NCBI GenBank assembly: GCA_002104905.1
Contig: MCFE01000754.1
Span: 1-39,102, forward strand
Length of the DNA: 39,102 nucleotides
Source of the DNA: Basidiobolus meristosporus CBS 931.73
Lineage: Eukaryota; Fungi; Basidiobolomycota
Reading direction: 5' to 3'
Shown: one piece after another, positions 12,128-25,964 of the stretch
Layout of the letters: each line of letters starts with the position of its first letter
Position numbering within the stretch: the stretch's first letter is position 1
Notes under the pieces: generated by a model
What the model was told of the DNA's origin: nothing
Databases searched by the model: none
What the model saw: only the letters and a program-made list of their open reading frames with translations
Position numbers and translations under genes: made by a program

Positions 12128-12481
12128 TGTTATAAAAATTTTTAATTCCACCTATATATTTACCTAACTTAATCACTTAGATCATTACCTTCAAATCCTA
12201 GAGAATACTAACCAAATTCCTTGTTGGGACTTACTTGGAATATTTTCACCAAAATACCAGGAACACAGAACATGAAAATTCTCAAAGTTGTCCAAACAGC
12301 CCTAAACTTTACACACATGCTCTTGGGACCTTTCTTAGCCTAGTCTATGTGTTTTATAAGCCAAGACCATGTAAATGTATAAATACTACTTTTACATTCA
12401 ATAAATTGTCAAGTGAAAACCACATAATCTACTTGTTCTCCCAAATTACTTCCAATATCTCCAGGACTTTTACAACAGGTT

Positions 12482-13992
12482 ATGAGCCCCAAGCTGACAC
12501 TCTCTGTATTGTCTACTACTGCTATTACTGGAACTTCTCCCTCTGCTGAAAAGTTGAATGGAGCTAACTACCAAGTGTGGAAGGTGAAGATGAAGATGCT
12601 GCTGCAAGAAAGAGGCCTTTGGGATATTGTCATGGGAGTAGAATGCCCTCCTATTAGCATGGGAGAGGAAGCCTTGAAGTATCAGAGGAAAGAACAAAGT
12701 GCCTTTAACTGCCTTAGCCTCAATGTTAAAGACAAATTGCTAATTCAATGCTCAAGAGCAAAAATGGCAAAGAATGCCTGGAAGGCATTAGAAGACACCT
12801 ACCAGTCATGTTCAGCTGCTAAGAAAATGTATCTGAGATGGAAATTCTTTACTATAAAGATGCAGCCTGGAGAAGAAATGAAAAATCTATTTAACAGAAA
12901 TACCCTGCTGGTAGGTGAAATGGAATCTGTGGGCATACCAACTACTGATGAGGATATGATAGTTACCATCCTGAATAGCCTGACAGACAGGTCTCAGGGT
13001 CTTGTATCAGCCCTAGAGTCCAGAACTGAATATTTGACCTAAAACTACATATATGGAAGGCTCCTGGATGAAGAATTAAGAAAATCAAGCGCTAATAAGA
13101 AGGAAGAAGAAAACGCTTTAATAAGCAATGATAGCCAACAAACAAGGTATCCAAGACCCTACAAAGGCAACAGCAACCTGTTTTGCAACTGCTGCTAAAG
13201 GAAAGGACATATATCAGACTGGTGTCTCAAAAAGAGTGATTATCAGCAAAAGAAGCCTGAATATGGAAATGCTGCAGCAACTGAAGATAGACTATTCATA
13301 TCTGCACTGAATATGATCACAAACAAGGATTCTCAGATGTGGTACATTGACTCTGGAGCATCTCAACACTTTAAATACCAAAAAGAACCTTTACCCAATA
13401 TCAAGAAATTCCCATTAAGAAGGTTTTCATGGGTGACAACAGAACACTTGATGCAATGGGAAAAGGAACTATTCAAGCAAACCTTAGAAGCAGTGAAGGA
13501 AGCCATACACTGACCTTTAAAGAAGTACTCTGTGTACCAATATAGCCAAGAACCTACTATCTGTAAGCAAGGCCACAGCAGAAGGACTCAGTTTCAGCTT
13601 TGACAATTCTGGATGCAGGATCACTGATCAAAATGGTGCCCATATTGCTTAGGGTATTATAGATCAAAATCTATACAAGTTGACGTATATTTCATCATAT
13701 CTGGAAGCCAATATAAGTAACTGAAATGAAGAAACACCAATGCTTTGGCACAGGAGATCTGCACACATCAATTCTGATTATTTGGGCAAAATGATCAAAG
13801 ATAAGCTAATTTCTGGAGTAAATATTGATCCCCCAGCTAATTTGGTGTACTGTGAAGCCTGCATATATGGGTAACAAGCCTGACAACCATTCAGGAGCTC
13901 TAGGTTAATCAAAACTAAGAAAAAATAAATCTTATTCACTCAGATCTGTGTGGACCTATGCAAAATTTATCCTTCAGCAGGATGAAGTACTT
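12482..13992 (+). pseudogene. copia A gag, protease and GAG-pre-integrase region
   Basis: KLNGANYQVWKVKMKMLL, WYIDSGASQH, LWHRRSAHIN-like motif; stops and frameshifts. Confidence 0.88.
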
Positions 13993-14839
13993 AATAGACT
14001 TGTTCCATTGGATAGTGCTACATTGAGCTATGAGTGCCAAATGATGCCATAGTGTGCCAAGGAGGCCAAGTGAGCCTATACCTGGCCACAGAGTGTGAAA
14101 CATAGCTCTGCATCTTCATGCAAAGTGGCCCCTGTGTTCCACCCATTGAGCTGGAGAAAATCCATTTTTTGACCTTTTTTTTGGATCAATGTTGTGCAGG
14201 ATGTGTAAGAACACAAAAAGATTGAAGACATGCATTGGGGACTCACTACCCATGGCACTCTAAACTTAGCTCCTGTAGCTTGTATCATGTCACAAAAATG
14301 CATGGCACTATCTTGGTCCATTGATACTATCAGGCACCATATTTAAATACTAGCATTAAACCCTATGAAAAATAATTTGGTCCCGCAGGTGAATCCAATC
14401 CAGATCATCCGTCAAGATCCCATTCAGAGACCATCACAATAACAGCAGCTTGGAATTAGTGACCCTCCTGATGATCTTATAACAAGATCATGACGGTGTT
14501 TTGCAAATTTTACAGCCAAATAAAGGGATAAAACTTGACAATTTTTGATCATTGCTGTGACAATATTTGCATTTTATTGTTGCGGTCTTTCAGCGCTCTA
14601 TTACTATTTCAAGTGGATCCAGTTGGCTAGGACTTCCAATTGCCTTATATGGCAAGAAACTTGACGGTATTTTGACAGCCTTGCAGCAAGACTCTGATGG
14701 CTTTTTTTTTGGCAGTATGATGGCCTGCTGCTGGTTATGTATAATGCTACTGTACTAATTTACCAAATGGTATTTCCCTTTTTTACCTCCCCTTGTGCAA
14801 TTCATATATTCCACTATAGAATCACCTTTCTTTATTTGC

Positions 14840-17523
14840 TTACCCACTACTACCTTGGGTATTCCACACATAGTTTGAATCAAAAAAAACTATGGCCTCC
14901 TGCTTACTAACCTCTACAAACGTGCACACCTGCCACAATTGACATACTTCTATCACCTCAACTTTACGGCTTTTTAGTGTGATACTTGCAAAGTTGCCAT
15001 ATACCTTGTACTGCTGGTAGCATATACATCTTGCAAACATATGCTTGGTTGTTGCCACTTCTGCCATGAATACCTCCTGAATATTGGCAAAGAACTTCTT
15101 GGTATTTAGCCAATATATTCCTTCTCCCTGCTGGATTCTAGTCCCCCTTATAGGTGCGCTCTGGCTTTTGTTTATGTGAATTCCGTATTGAATGGTGTAG
15201 AAGTTGGCTTGTGGCCAGGAGAAATCTGGCATATTTTGGTGGAGCTTTCCTGATAAAAATTAGTTGCCTGTTGCACCCAACCCAACTTTGCATTACTTAA
15301 CTGATTACCCACACATTGGGGCTGCTTAGTTTTTTAATGCCATAGGCATAGGTGTCTCCATGTGCACATTTGTCCTCAGTATTTTCCAACTCTTTCTGGC
15401 TGTCCTCCATGTGTCAACTCATCACATCCATGACGGACTTGAAGGTAATATTCTTGATGAGACTGGGATATGGTAGTACCTGCAACTTGACTTGTCTTCC
15501 TATCTCCCTATACATCCGCTCCATAGGAAACTCCCAAAAGGTCAAGCAAGGCCCAATATTTTCCACACACCATGCAAGATGGAGTAGAGAATGGATACAG
15601 TAGCGGCAGAGATCTAGACATTCAGCTTTATGTTTGTAGTATAGCCGCTCAAATCCTGTCACAAACTCCTCACACAACAGCTGTATATGCGTCAAGTTGG
15701 CATTGGTAATCCACTTCTGGATAAATATTCCTACAATGTCCACATATGACTCCCAATGCTTCCAATGTACTCTTGGTAGGAATGGCTTCAGAACACCACT
15801 TGAATAAATACATATCCAGTTCATCCAGTCTTTTCATTTGTATTGTTGCATATGCGTATGAATATTAATTGGAGCCCATGAGAAGTACTTAGGGTAGCGG
15901 ATACTCTGTAATATCCTGCCAATTTTTTCAAATTTCTCCGGTATCTTGAAGGGCTCATTTAGCTTGAAATGCCCCATGTACAACTTGGTCATCAGCATAG
16001 GGATATTGTTGAAAAGCAAATGCATTGCTCCCAGTGGAAAGCTTTTGCTCCAACAGATACCCTCTATCTTAAGTATCTCCGGTTTCCGATTGATTCCATA
16101 TTCTGGCCAATGGCTTATAGCTTGCCAACTTTGCTGCAATTGCATGCTTACTTCTGTACGTTCTCTCTGTGGAAAGATGATGTTCTTAGTGCTGGTGTTT
16201 GGGTAATAATAATGTGTGTGAGTTATGGAGTAAATCCCCTGGATCTCACACATTTGACAGCAATACTGTCCATTGTGCCCGGAAAAACCTGCTATCTTGC
16301 TGACTGCTGGGGTATCTCCAATGCAGATAATAATATGCACTTTTACATGACGGCCATTTACCATTATCCTGCTGGAAAGCATACAAAATTCATTCAGCAA
16401 TGGATACAGATAGCTATCCAGGTTGGACAGTGATTTAGGCCCAGATACCAGTGAGACTACCATCAGATTATTGCTCTGATACTGTAAGATGGGCAGCAGA
16501 TTCAGATTGATGAGAATCAGTGGCCAGCAGGATTTGCTGGTAGAGTACTTGTTTAATGATAATCCATCCAGTGCTAACGCAAAGGCATGGTCATACATAC
16601 CTTCAAAGTAGCCCTTGCTTCTTAGCTGCTTGTAATGTTTGCCATCAAATATATCAGATATGTTTGCGCTTGATTGATACTGAGTGCGGTACTGTATAGC
16701 TTTGCAATATTTGTCGGACTGCATCAGCTTCCTCAGACAGGGTATGACTGGAATATATCCAGAGTGTGAACAATGTTTTCCCTCAATGGTGGTGGATTCC
16801 TGACAGTTTGGACATGTTGCAATGGTAGCATTTTTGGATGTGAATGCCATGCAACTGTTAACACATGCTGGAATCAAGACAGTCTCTGGATTATATGTTG
16901 CTAGCCACATGACGGTTGTCCACTTGTACCATATACATGGTAAGTTGCATCCCGGTATGATTTTGGCAAGAAGTAGTAATAAATCCTCAAAGCCCCCATT
17001 ACTGATTTAGTGGAAATGTGCCACTTCTCTAGCCACAACATCACATCATTCACCAGTAGATGGATTACTGGGCTCACTTGGCAGTATCCTTGGCATTTAT
17101 TTCAATGGGTGTTGTCTCATTGCATATAGGGATTTGACCGGGCTCATATGTGGTACTGTTGTTAGGGGAGATAGGCTCAAAATCCATCAGTGAACCTTCT
17201 TTGTCAGAGCTATCACTCTGCGTGCTATATTCAGAAGGCTGAGGTGAGCCTAAAGGCGTCACAAACTCACCTGACTCAGTTTGCACAAGGTGACAAAGAT
17301 GGCCAGGTGCCAATATAGAAGTATCAACTGGCCGGCAAGGTAATGTTGGTACAGCAGTGACCAATGAATGGTCAAATATGACTTGGGTGGCAAAACACTG
17401 GCGGTGATCCTTGTAATACTTCCTATGCTGTCTGCATGCTTCATGGCTGAGAGGCTTGCCACAATAGCCACATGGTCTTTTTTCTCTTCTCTTACAGCGT
17501 TGAGTCAAAGTAGTCTTGTCCAT
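14840..17523 (-). pseudogene. EnSpm/CMC-like transposase (Transposase_21/Tnp2-type), frameshifted
   Basis: C-x2-C N-terminus; ACVNSCMAF...CPNCQ, ISDIFDG, ALDGLSL, WPLILINLNL, IGDTPAVSKIAGFSGHNG-YCCQMC, GAMHLLF, HSLLHL...GPCLTFWEFPMER; spans ORFs 17074..17523, 15834..16910, 15414..15824 and 14840..15232. Confidence 0.85.
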
Positions 17524-18920
17524 GGGGCAAACAGTTTGACCTTCAACAATGTAATGCTATTATATCACTTTTTGGTCAATACTCATGTGAGCTTAAGACA
17601 GTCTTGTATTTGAGACATCACACCTACATGAATGTAAGATTAAATGATGACCCGCTGTGGTGGTGTATAAGTCCAAGGGAGAGATACGTCCAACACTTCT
17701 CAAATGTTTTGTGTGTGGGGTGTTCACTGGGTGCAATAACCTCTGGCAAAAGCTTGCTAGGAATACTTGGGTTCTGTCTCTAATCTAATGTGAAGGGGAA
17801 TAAAGCCACAAGCTTGTCAAGGGAAAACTATTGAGCTACAATCCCCAACTTAGTTGGCGTCTTAACAAAAGTATGTGCTGGGTTCAGCGTCCTTTGAGAT
17901 GACAATGTACTAAAGCTTCCAAAGTCAAAACAACTGTAAACTCCACCAGCAGGGACTTGATAAGAATGCAGCTGTGGTCAATAGTTACAAAGACAGAAAA
18001 GTATCTTTGCCTGTACAAGAACAAACTTGGGAAAGAATCAAATATAATAAAAGATACCTACTCTGAGTATTCCTCACAAGTAGTGCCTCCAAGGTCAGTT
18101 GGCTGTCAGCGCGGTTTCCTGGGAGTGTCCTGTGGTCTGGGGTTGGAAGTTCAGGTAGCAGCAGGTAGCAGTGATCACACTAATCAACAAGTCGGTATAT
18201 TGATAAAAGGGATGATGATTTATTGTTGAGGGATAGCCTCCCTTATATACTTTTCTTACCGGCTAAGTGATTACTAATCATGGTGTTCCAGAAGGTTCCG
18301 GATATCAATAGAAATCTTAATGACATCAGAATGACCTACAAATGTTCTAAGTAGGTGCCGGAAGGTTCTAAGAGGCACAGCACATACAACCAATCAGGAA
18401 TCAGTATTCTGAAACCTGTGTAACATGGGGATACCATATATGGTATGGAAATGGTAGGGATGGTGACACGGGCTGATCATGTGTCACGGGTACTGGCGCG
18501 GGTACTTGCCTAATATGGAAGTACTTGTAGCTAGTAATCTTACATAAAGTGAGGGGTAACTTATGCAATAAGGTAAGCAGGTGTGATAGTCAACCGGCTT
18601 ATGGGATAGTACTGATTGGGTAAGACAAATGGGATAAAACTAAAATGAGTGTTGTAGGGATATAGGGAAGTAGAAAATAAGGGGATGAGCACATCTGTCA
18701 GTGGGTGTCACTGTCACCCCACTACACCGCCATAGTAAGCATTATAAATAAAGTTGTGGCACCACATACACACGTATATGTAACACTATTTCACCTTTGG
18801 TTTGACTCACTTCCATATATATGCTGCCAAAAAATAAAGCAAAGTTGTCTGGTTCTCAACCAAACCCCACTGCTGATGGCAACAGAAGAACGGTTGGACA
18901 ACAGCTTGCTTTGACATTCA

Positions 18921-19709
18921 TTGCAACAAGCAGGGCTACATCCAAAAAAGGCCCTGTGGACAGTGTGCCCATTGAAGGTAATAATGCAGACTCCTCAGGC
19001 TCTGTCAAGTAGGCAATTGAGAACCTCTGTGGAGCCACAAGCTGACCGTTATGCTCAGGCAGATGAGAATGTAGCAAACACACTACCCTTGGTTGGAGAT
19101 CAGCAAGTGGCCATTATAACATCACCACCACCCATATTAGCAAGTATGTTGTCAGCTCATACCAAAGCATTAATGAAGCAATTAGGTGCAATGGCTGATA
19201 GGATAGATGCAATGGCCCAGAGAAATCAGGAAGTAGTCCAAAAACAGGATGAGCAGATGATATGTGTAGAGCAATCAATATCCCAGGTAGAGAAAGCAGT
19301 ATTTTTGCTGCAAAGAAGGAACTCAAGTAGCTCAACATCACAGCCAAGAATTGAGCCATTTCCTGATGTAACAGCAGAGGAACACTGTACAGTCTTTGAA
19401 GCACAACAACAGTGCCCAAAGATAAAGCCCACAGAAAAACCTATCACAGCATGGGAGGGAGACAATGTATTGTTTATACCAAAGCCTAAAAATCAAAAGA
19501 CATTGAAGATTCATGAAGCCGTTGAGTGCAATAATTGTCATGATCACATGACAACCATGAACACCCATGCCAAGTTTCAGCTCCCTAGCTCAATTTCTAA
19601 GAGATTCCTTCTGGAACCTTCTACCACCTTCCAGAAAGTTCCTGACCATTCCAAATCATTGTTACACAATGGAACATTCCATGGAAGCTTTCCATTGTAT
19701 TTTTCATAG
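18921..19709 (+). CDS. Uncharacterised ORF inside D with a predicted coiled coil
   Basis: 262-codon open frame with a heptad-like stretch (MKQLGAMADRIDAMAQRNQEVVQKQDEQMICVEQSISQVEKAV); true start and splicing unknown. Confidence 0.45.
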   Translation: MQQAGLHPKKALWTVCPLKVIMQTPQALSSRQLRTSVEPQADRYAQADENVANTLPLVGDQQVAIITSPPPILASMLSAHTKALMKQLGAMADRIDAMAQRNQEVVQKQDEQMICVEQSISQVEKAVFLLQRRNSSSSTSQPRIEPFPDVTAEEHCTVFEAQQQCPKIKPTEKPITAWEGDNVLFIPKPKNQKTLKIHEAVECNNCHDHMTTMNTHAKFQLPSSISKRFLLEPSTTFQKVPDHSKSLLHNGTFHGSFPLYFS

Positions 19710-21282
19710 TCCAGTACCATATATGGAAATACCAGGTCACATGACTTAGTCACATGATCAGGTGACCCAATCCATCTCCCCATCCTGTCTCAGTGCCGTG
19801 TCATCTATGTCAATATCCCCAGCACCACTGCTGTGCCTCACCCCACAACCCCATTAGTATTAGCTAATATCTCTCGGCATCAGTATAGCCAAAAGTATAT
19901 ATAGTCCTATCCCCCCTTAAGTATTCCTCAGTCTGATAAACACAGGTCTTGAATAAACAGCCTTGCCTTGATGGTCCACACCTAAGTCCTTTCCTGCCGT
20001 GCCTAGCTTTTCCTCCTGCCTTGTGTCTATTCATAACACTACTCTCCTGCCTTGTGTTTATTCATAACAATAATGAAGAGTGGGCTAATATACAAGAGGC
20101 CGTCAGAAGTCTAGCATGCCATCACCTTAAGGCTGGAATACCATGGGACCATCAGGAACTCAAGGCCAAGCAGAATGCACTTGACTTGTTCCATGAGCAT
20201 TATCCTGGATTCAAATGGGCAAACAGATTTTGGGCCAGCATTGGTATGCTAAGAAAGTATCTTAAGAATAGCAGAAACTATCAAAGGCAGAAGAACAAGG
20301 GTGCCATGGCTAAAAACCAGCAGCTTCCTTAAGAGCCTGTTACAAGCAGGGCCAAAAGCTCCAGATAAGCGTCAAAGAGACATCAGGCAGCTGGAAGAGT
20401 GCCAATTAAGCACAAGCAGGCAGACATGGATGCACCACCACAACATTCATCAAGGAAAAACCATAGTACCACTCAAGGAGCACCCAGTCAAAGTAGCAGT
20501 GAAGGACCTGGCAGTGATAAAAACCAGCCACTTTTACAGGAGCCCATCACAACTATGGTTGAGAGCTCAAAACAAGCTGAAAAGAAACGTCAGGTTGCCA
20601 GAAGAGCGCCAGCAAGGGACAAGCAGGCCAAAACAGATGCATCAGAGCAGAATATTTCCAGGAGAAAACATAGTTCTTTACAAGAAGCACTCAGACATAG
20701 TAGCTGTGAAAGACCTGAGAGTGATAAAGGAAAAGGTACAGGGAAAAATGTCTACCCAAGCCTGAGACAGGGAGGCATGCAAAAAAAACTGCAGTTCTTG
20801 CCAATTAACGCCGCAAGCCAGGAACAGACTGAATCCCATCATAGCCAAGAAAAACTACCAACAAGAAAGCAGCTATTTTCACAAGAGTTGGAAGCTCAGC
20901 CAGTTGAGCTAGACTCCAGCAAGGTAGATGAGTTTGCTGAAAAAGGCAATTTGTCTATCAAAGCCTCCACAGCCTCCATTGTTGACAGAGTGGAGATCCC
21001 ACTGACAGACAAGGCTACAATGCCAAGAGCTCAAAAGGCTATCACAATGCCTTCAGTGGAGTTTTGGAACATTAATAGGCACACCAAGAGGCTGCAGCAC
21101 TTCTTCAAGAGCAGTGCTCAAGAAAACACACTGGAATATTGCAAGGATTTATTGCAAAGACTGGCAGATGAGGAGCTAGACCTTGCAGTGCCAGCTGAAG
21201 ACCAGGATGTGTGGGAGCCAGTGAATGAACAGTGGCATAAAGCCATTGGGTTCCCGCCAAAGTTGTGGAACCAGAGTGTTAC

Positions 21283-24200
21283 TGTTGTAAGAGTCTTTGA
21301 GATATTGGAAGTGATTGGGAGAACAAGTAGATTATGTGGTTTTCACTTAATGATTTATTGAATGTAAAAGTAGTATTTATACTTTTACCTGGTCTTGGCA
21401 TTACAAGCACGTAGAATAGGTTAAGGAAGGTCCCAAGAACATGTGTGCAAAGTTTGGGGCTGTTTGGACAACTTTGAGAATTTTCATGTTCTGAGTACCT
21501 GGCATTTTTGTGAAAATATTCTAAATAAATCCCGACAAGGAATTTGGTCAGTATTCTCTAGGATTTGAAGGTGATGATCTAAGTGACTAAGTTAGGTGAA
21601 TATTTAGGTGGAAATACAAATTTTTACAACACTCCCACTCAGTTAAATGTTTGTACTGACTAGTCCTAATTTTGACCTAAGATATTCAAACTTGTCTCTA
21701 GCTAATGGTTTGGTAAATATGTCTGCAATCATTTCATCTGTAGGACAGTAAACTAAGCTAACTAAGTTATTCTCTATAGCTTCATGTATGAAATGATGTC
21801 TAATATCTATGTGCTTGGTTCTAGCATGAAAAGTTGGATTTCTACCTAATTGTATACATCCTTGATTATCTTGAAATAAAGTAATAGGCATTTTTTGACA
21901 TAGGCCTAAATCTGTAAGGAGCTTTCTTAACCACATTGCTTCTTTTGTAGCTTCACAGGCTGCCATATACTCTGCCTCTGTAGTAGAAAGTGCTACGGTT
22001 GGTTGCTTTCTTGAATTCCATGAAATTGCTCCTTTACAGTAAAGAAAGGTGTATCCTGTGGTGGATCTTCTGTCTTCCAAATTTGTCCCCAATCAGCATC
22101 AGAGTATCCCACAAGATCCTGTTCTGAATCCTTATAAGTGTATCTTAAGCAGATACCAGCAGTTCCTTTTAGGTATCTAAAAATCTGCTTAACTGCTGCA
22201 ATATGACCAGATCCATAATTCTGATTATGTTGGCTGACAACTCCCACTGAATATGAGATATCTGGACGTGTTCCAAGCATGATATACATCAGACTGCCAA
22301 CCATAGATTGATAAGGAAAGTCAGGGCTTTCAGATGGCACCAAGCTCTCTTGATTTGGTTGAGTTTTGACCAAGTTAAGGTTTGTCTCCATTGTGGTTGC
22401 TGCTGGTTTACAGTCTTCCATTTTGTATTTCTTTAGTATATCTTGAATATACTTGGATTGGCTTAGGGTAATAGTGTGGGTACTTCTGTCTATGGAGAAC
22501 TTGATCCCTAAGTAGTAACTAAGTTCTCCTAGATTGGACATCTTAAACTCCTTAGATAGGCTGGATTTAGTCTCTTCCAATGTTTCTAGGTTACTGGCGG
22601 CTATAATAAGATCATCCACATATAGAGCTAATAGAACTGGATTTGCTCTATCTGGCTTATAGTATATACTATAGTCAGCATTACTTCTTTTGAAACTCAA
22701 AGATTCCAAATAAGAATCTATCTTGCAATTCCAGGCTCTTGGTGATTGTTTAAGACTATATAGTGACTTTTTAAGCTTGCAGACCAAATGGGGGTTATCT
22801 TGGTCAGCAAACCCATCAGGCTGGTCCATATACACGTCCTCATCAAGTTCTCCATTCAAAAATGCAGTTTTTACATCCATTTGATGAATAAAAAACTTAT
22901 ATTTGGCTGCAATAGCCTATATTAATCTGATGGAGTTAAACTTGGCTACCGGAGCAAAGGTCTCAGTATAGTCAAGTCCTTTTGTTTGAGAGTATCCTTT
23001 GGCTACAAGTCTTGCTTTGTATCTTTCAATTGTACCATCAGCCTTGTATTTTGTCTTGAAGACCCATCTGCATCCAATTGATTTTTGGTTGATTGGTAAT
23101 TCGACTAAGTCCCAAGTTTGATTTTCCATCAGTGCCTGATATTCCTCAGTCATTGCAGATCTCCAAAACTTCATCTGAGGGCTATTTAGGGCCTCTTTTA
23201 CAGTCTGGGGTTCATCAACATGGACTGAATAGGCATAGGCTAAGTTTGTACCCTCATTGATATAGTAATTTGGGCTATTTCTTGTCCGATTGGATCTCTG
23301 GGCATTTGATACTGGAGTGATCACTTCTGGGATATTCCTGGGCACTGATTCTGGCTGAACCATGGTTGTAGAGTCCTCTGGAGTGAAAAAATTTTCATTG
23401 TTTTGCTCTGATTCTATCCTGACAATTGGTGGACTTGAGATCAAATTTTTGTCATCATCTGATGTCATTTTCTGTGAAAATTTTGAATTTTCATCAAACA
23501 ACACATCCCTGGACTTGATCAGCTTCTTTGCTTTGGTATTGTAGAGTCTGTATGCCTTACTCTTGTTGCAGTAGCCCAAAAATATGCATTTTACACTTTT
23601 TGGCTCAAATTTTGACTGATTTCCGGCCAGTTTTTTGGCATATGCTGTACACCCAAACATTCTTGGATGTTCTGCACTTGGTCTGTATCCATACTATGCT
23701 TCAAGTGGAGTAGAATCACGAAGTATTCTGTTATAACTCCTATTTTTAAGATATACAGCAGTGGCAACTGATTCCGCCCAAAAATCATAGGATAATTTTT
23801 GATCATGGATCATAGATCTTGCCATATCAATTATTGATCTGTTAGCTTGCTCTGCTACTCCATTTTGCTGTGGGGAGTATGGTACAGTAGCCTCTTGCTT
23901 TATCCCATGAATTTTGCAGAAGTGGATGAAGAGTTTTGAGGTATATTCTCCACCATTGTCAGAGCATATTTTCTTGATTTTTTCACCAGTTTCTCTCTCC
24001 ACCATGGCTTTAAACTCCCTGAACTTAGACAGAGCTTCTTCCTTTCTCTCCATGAAGTAGACCCATGTGTATCTTGTATAATCATCAATAAAAGTGATTA
24101 AATACTTCATCACGCCTAAGGATAAATTTTGCATAGGTCCTCACAGATCTGAGTGAATTAGATCTAATTTTTTCTTAGTTTTGATTAACCCAGAGCTCTT

Positions 24201-25964
24201 GAACGGTTGTCTGGCTTGTTTCCCATATATGCAGGCTTCACAGTGCTCCAAATTAGCTGGGGGATCAATTTTTACTCCAGAAATTAGCTGATCTATGATC
24301 ATTTTGTGCAAATAATCAAAATTGATGTGCCCAAATCTCCTGTGCCAAAGCATTGGTGTTTCTTTGTTTAAGTTACTGATATTGGCTTCCAGATATGATG
24401 GAATATAAGTCAACTTGTATAGATTCTGATCTCTGATGCCCAAAGCAATATGAGCACCATTTTGATCAGTGATCCTGCATCCAGAATTGTCAAAACTGAA
24501 ACTGAGTCCTTCTGCTGTGGCCTTGCTTACAGAGAGTAGGTTCTTGGCTATATTGGTACACAGAGTACTTCTTTAAAGGTCAGTGTATGGCTTCCTTCAC
24601 TGCTTCTAAGGTTTACTTGGATAGTTCCTTCTCCCACTGCATCAAGTGTTCTATCGTCACCCATGAAAACCTTCTTAATTGGAATTTCTTGATATTGGGT
24701 AAAAAGCTCTTTTTGGTGTGTAAAGTGTTGAGAAGCTCCAGAGTCAATATACCACGTCTGGGAATCCTTGTTTGTGGTCATATTTAGTGCAGATATGAAT
24801 AGTCTATCTTCAGTTGTTGCAGCATTTCTATATTCAGGCTTCTTTTGCTGATAATCTCTCTTTTTGAAACACCGGTCTGATGTGTGTCCTTTCCTTTGCA
24901 GTAGTTGCAAATAGGTTGCTGTTGCCTTTGTAGGGTCTTGGGTACCTCCTTTGTTGGTTATCATTGCTTATTAAAGCATTTTCTTCTTCCTTCTTATTGG
25001 CGCTTGATTTTCTTAATTCTTCATCCAGGAGCCTTCTATATACGTAATTTAAGGTCAAATCTTCAGTTCTGGACTCTAGGGCTGATACAAGGCCCTGAAA
25101 CTTGTCTGTCAGGCTATTCAGGATGGTAACTATCACATCCTCATCAGTAGTTGGTACGCCCACAGATTCCATCTCATATACCAGTAGGGTAATTCTGTTA
25201 ATTAGATTTTTCATTTCTTCTCCGGGCAGCTTCTTTGTAGTAAAGAATTTTCTTCTCAGATACATTTTCTTGGCAGCTGAACATGACTGGTAGGTGTCTT
25301 CTAATGCCTTCCAGGCATTCTTTGCCGTTTTTTGCTCTTGAGCATTGAATTAGCAATTTGTCCTTGACATTAAGGCAAATGCAGTTAAAGGCACTTTGTT
25401 CTTTCTTCTGGTACTTTAAGGCTTCCTCTCCCACGTTTTTAGGAGGGCATTCTTCTCCCATGACAATATCCCAAAGGCCTCTTTCTTGTAGCAGCATCTT
25501 CATCTTCACCTTCCACACTTGGTAGTTAAAGCCATCCAACTTTTCAGCAGAGGGAAAAATTCCAGTAATAGCAGTAGTAGACATTGCAGAGAGTGACAGC
25601 TTGGGGCTCATAACCTGTTGTAAGAGTCTTTGAGATATTGGAAGTGATTGGGAGAACAAGTAGATTATGTGGTTTTCACTTAATGATTTATTGAATGTAA
25701 AAGTAGTATTTATACTTTTACCTGGTCTTGGCATTACAAACACGTAGAATAGGTTAAGGAAGGTCCCAAGAACATGTGTGCAAAGTTTGGGGCTGTTTGG
25801 ACAACTTTGAGAATTTTCATGTTCTGGGTACCTGGCATTTTTGTGAAAATATTCTAAATAAATCCCGACAAGGAATTTGGTCAGTATTCTCTAGGATTTG
25901 AAGGTGATGATCTAAGTGACTAAGTTAGGTGAAGATTTAGGTGAAAATATGAATTTTTACAACA
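21283..25964 (-). mobile_element. Ty1/copia element B, full length (4682 bp), pseudogenised
   Basis: 349-bp LTRs 21283-21631 and 25616-25964 (6 mismatches by eye), TSD GTTAC (21278-21282 and 25965-25969), PBS 25604-25615, PPT 21632-21640, order gag-PR-IN-RT-RH. Confidence 0.96.
21643..25612 (-). pseudogene. copia B gag-pol polyprotein in several frames
   Basis: [66 protein letters not shown]; at least 3 stops and several 1-bp homopolymer indels. Confidence 0.92.

Noticed and set aside
21283-21361. C-terminus VVRVFEILEV... of ORF 20399..21361
   Set aside because: Read-through into the copia B LTR; the real continuation is at 25970-26114
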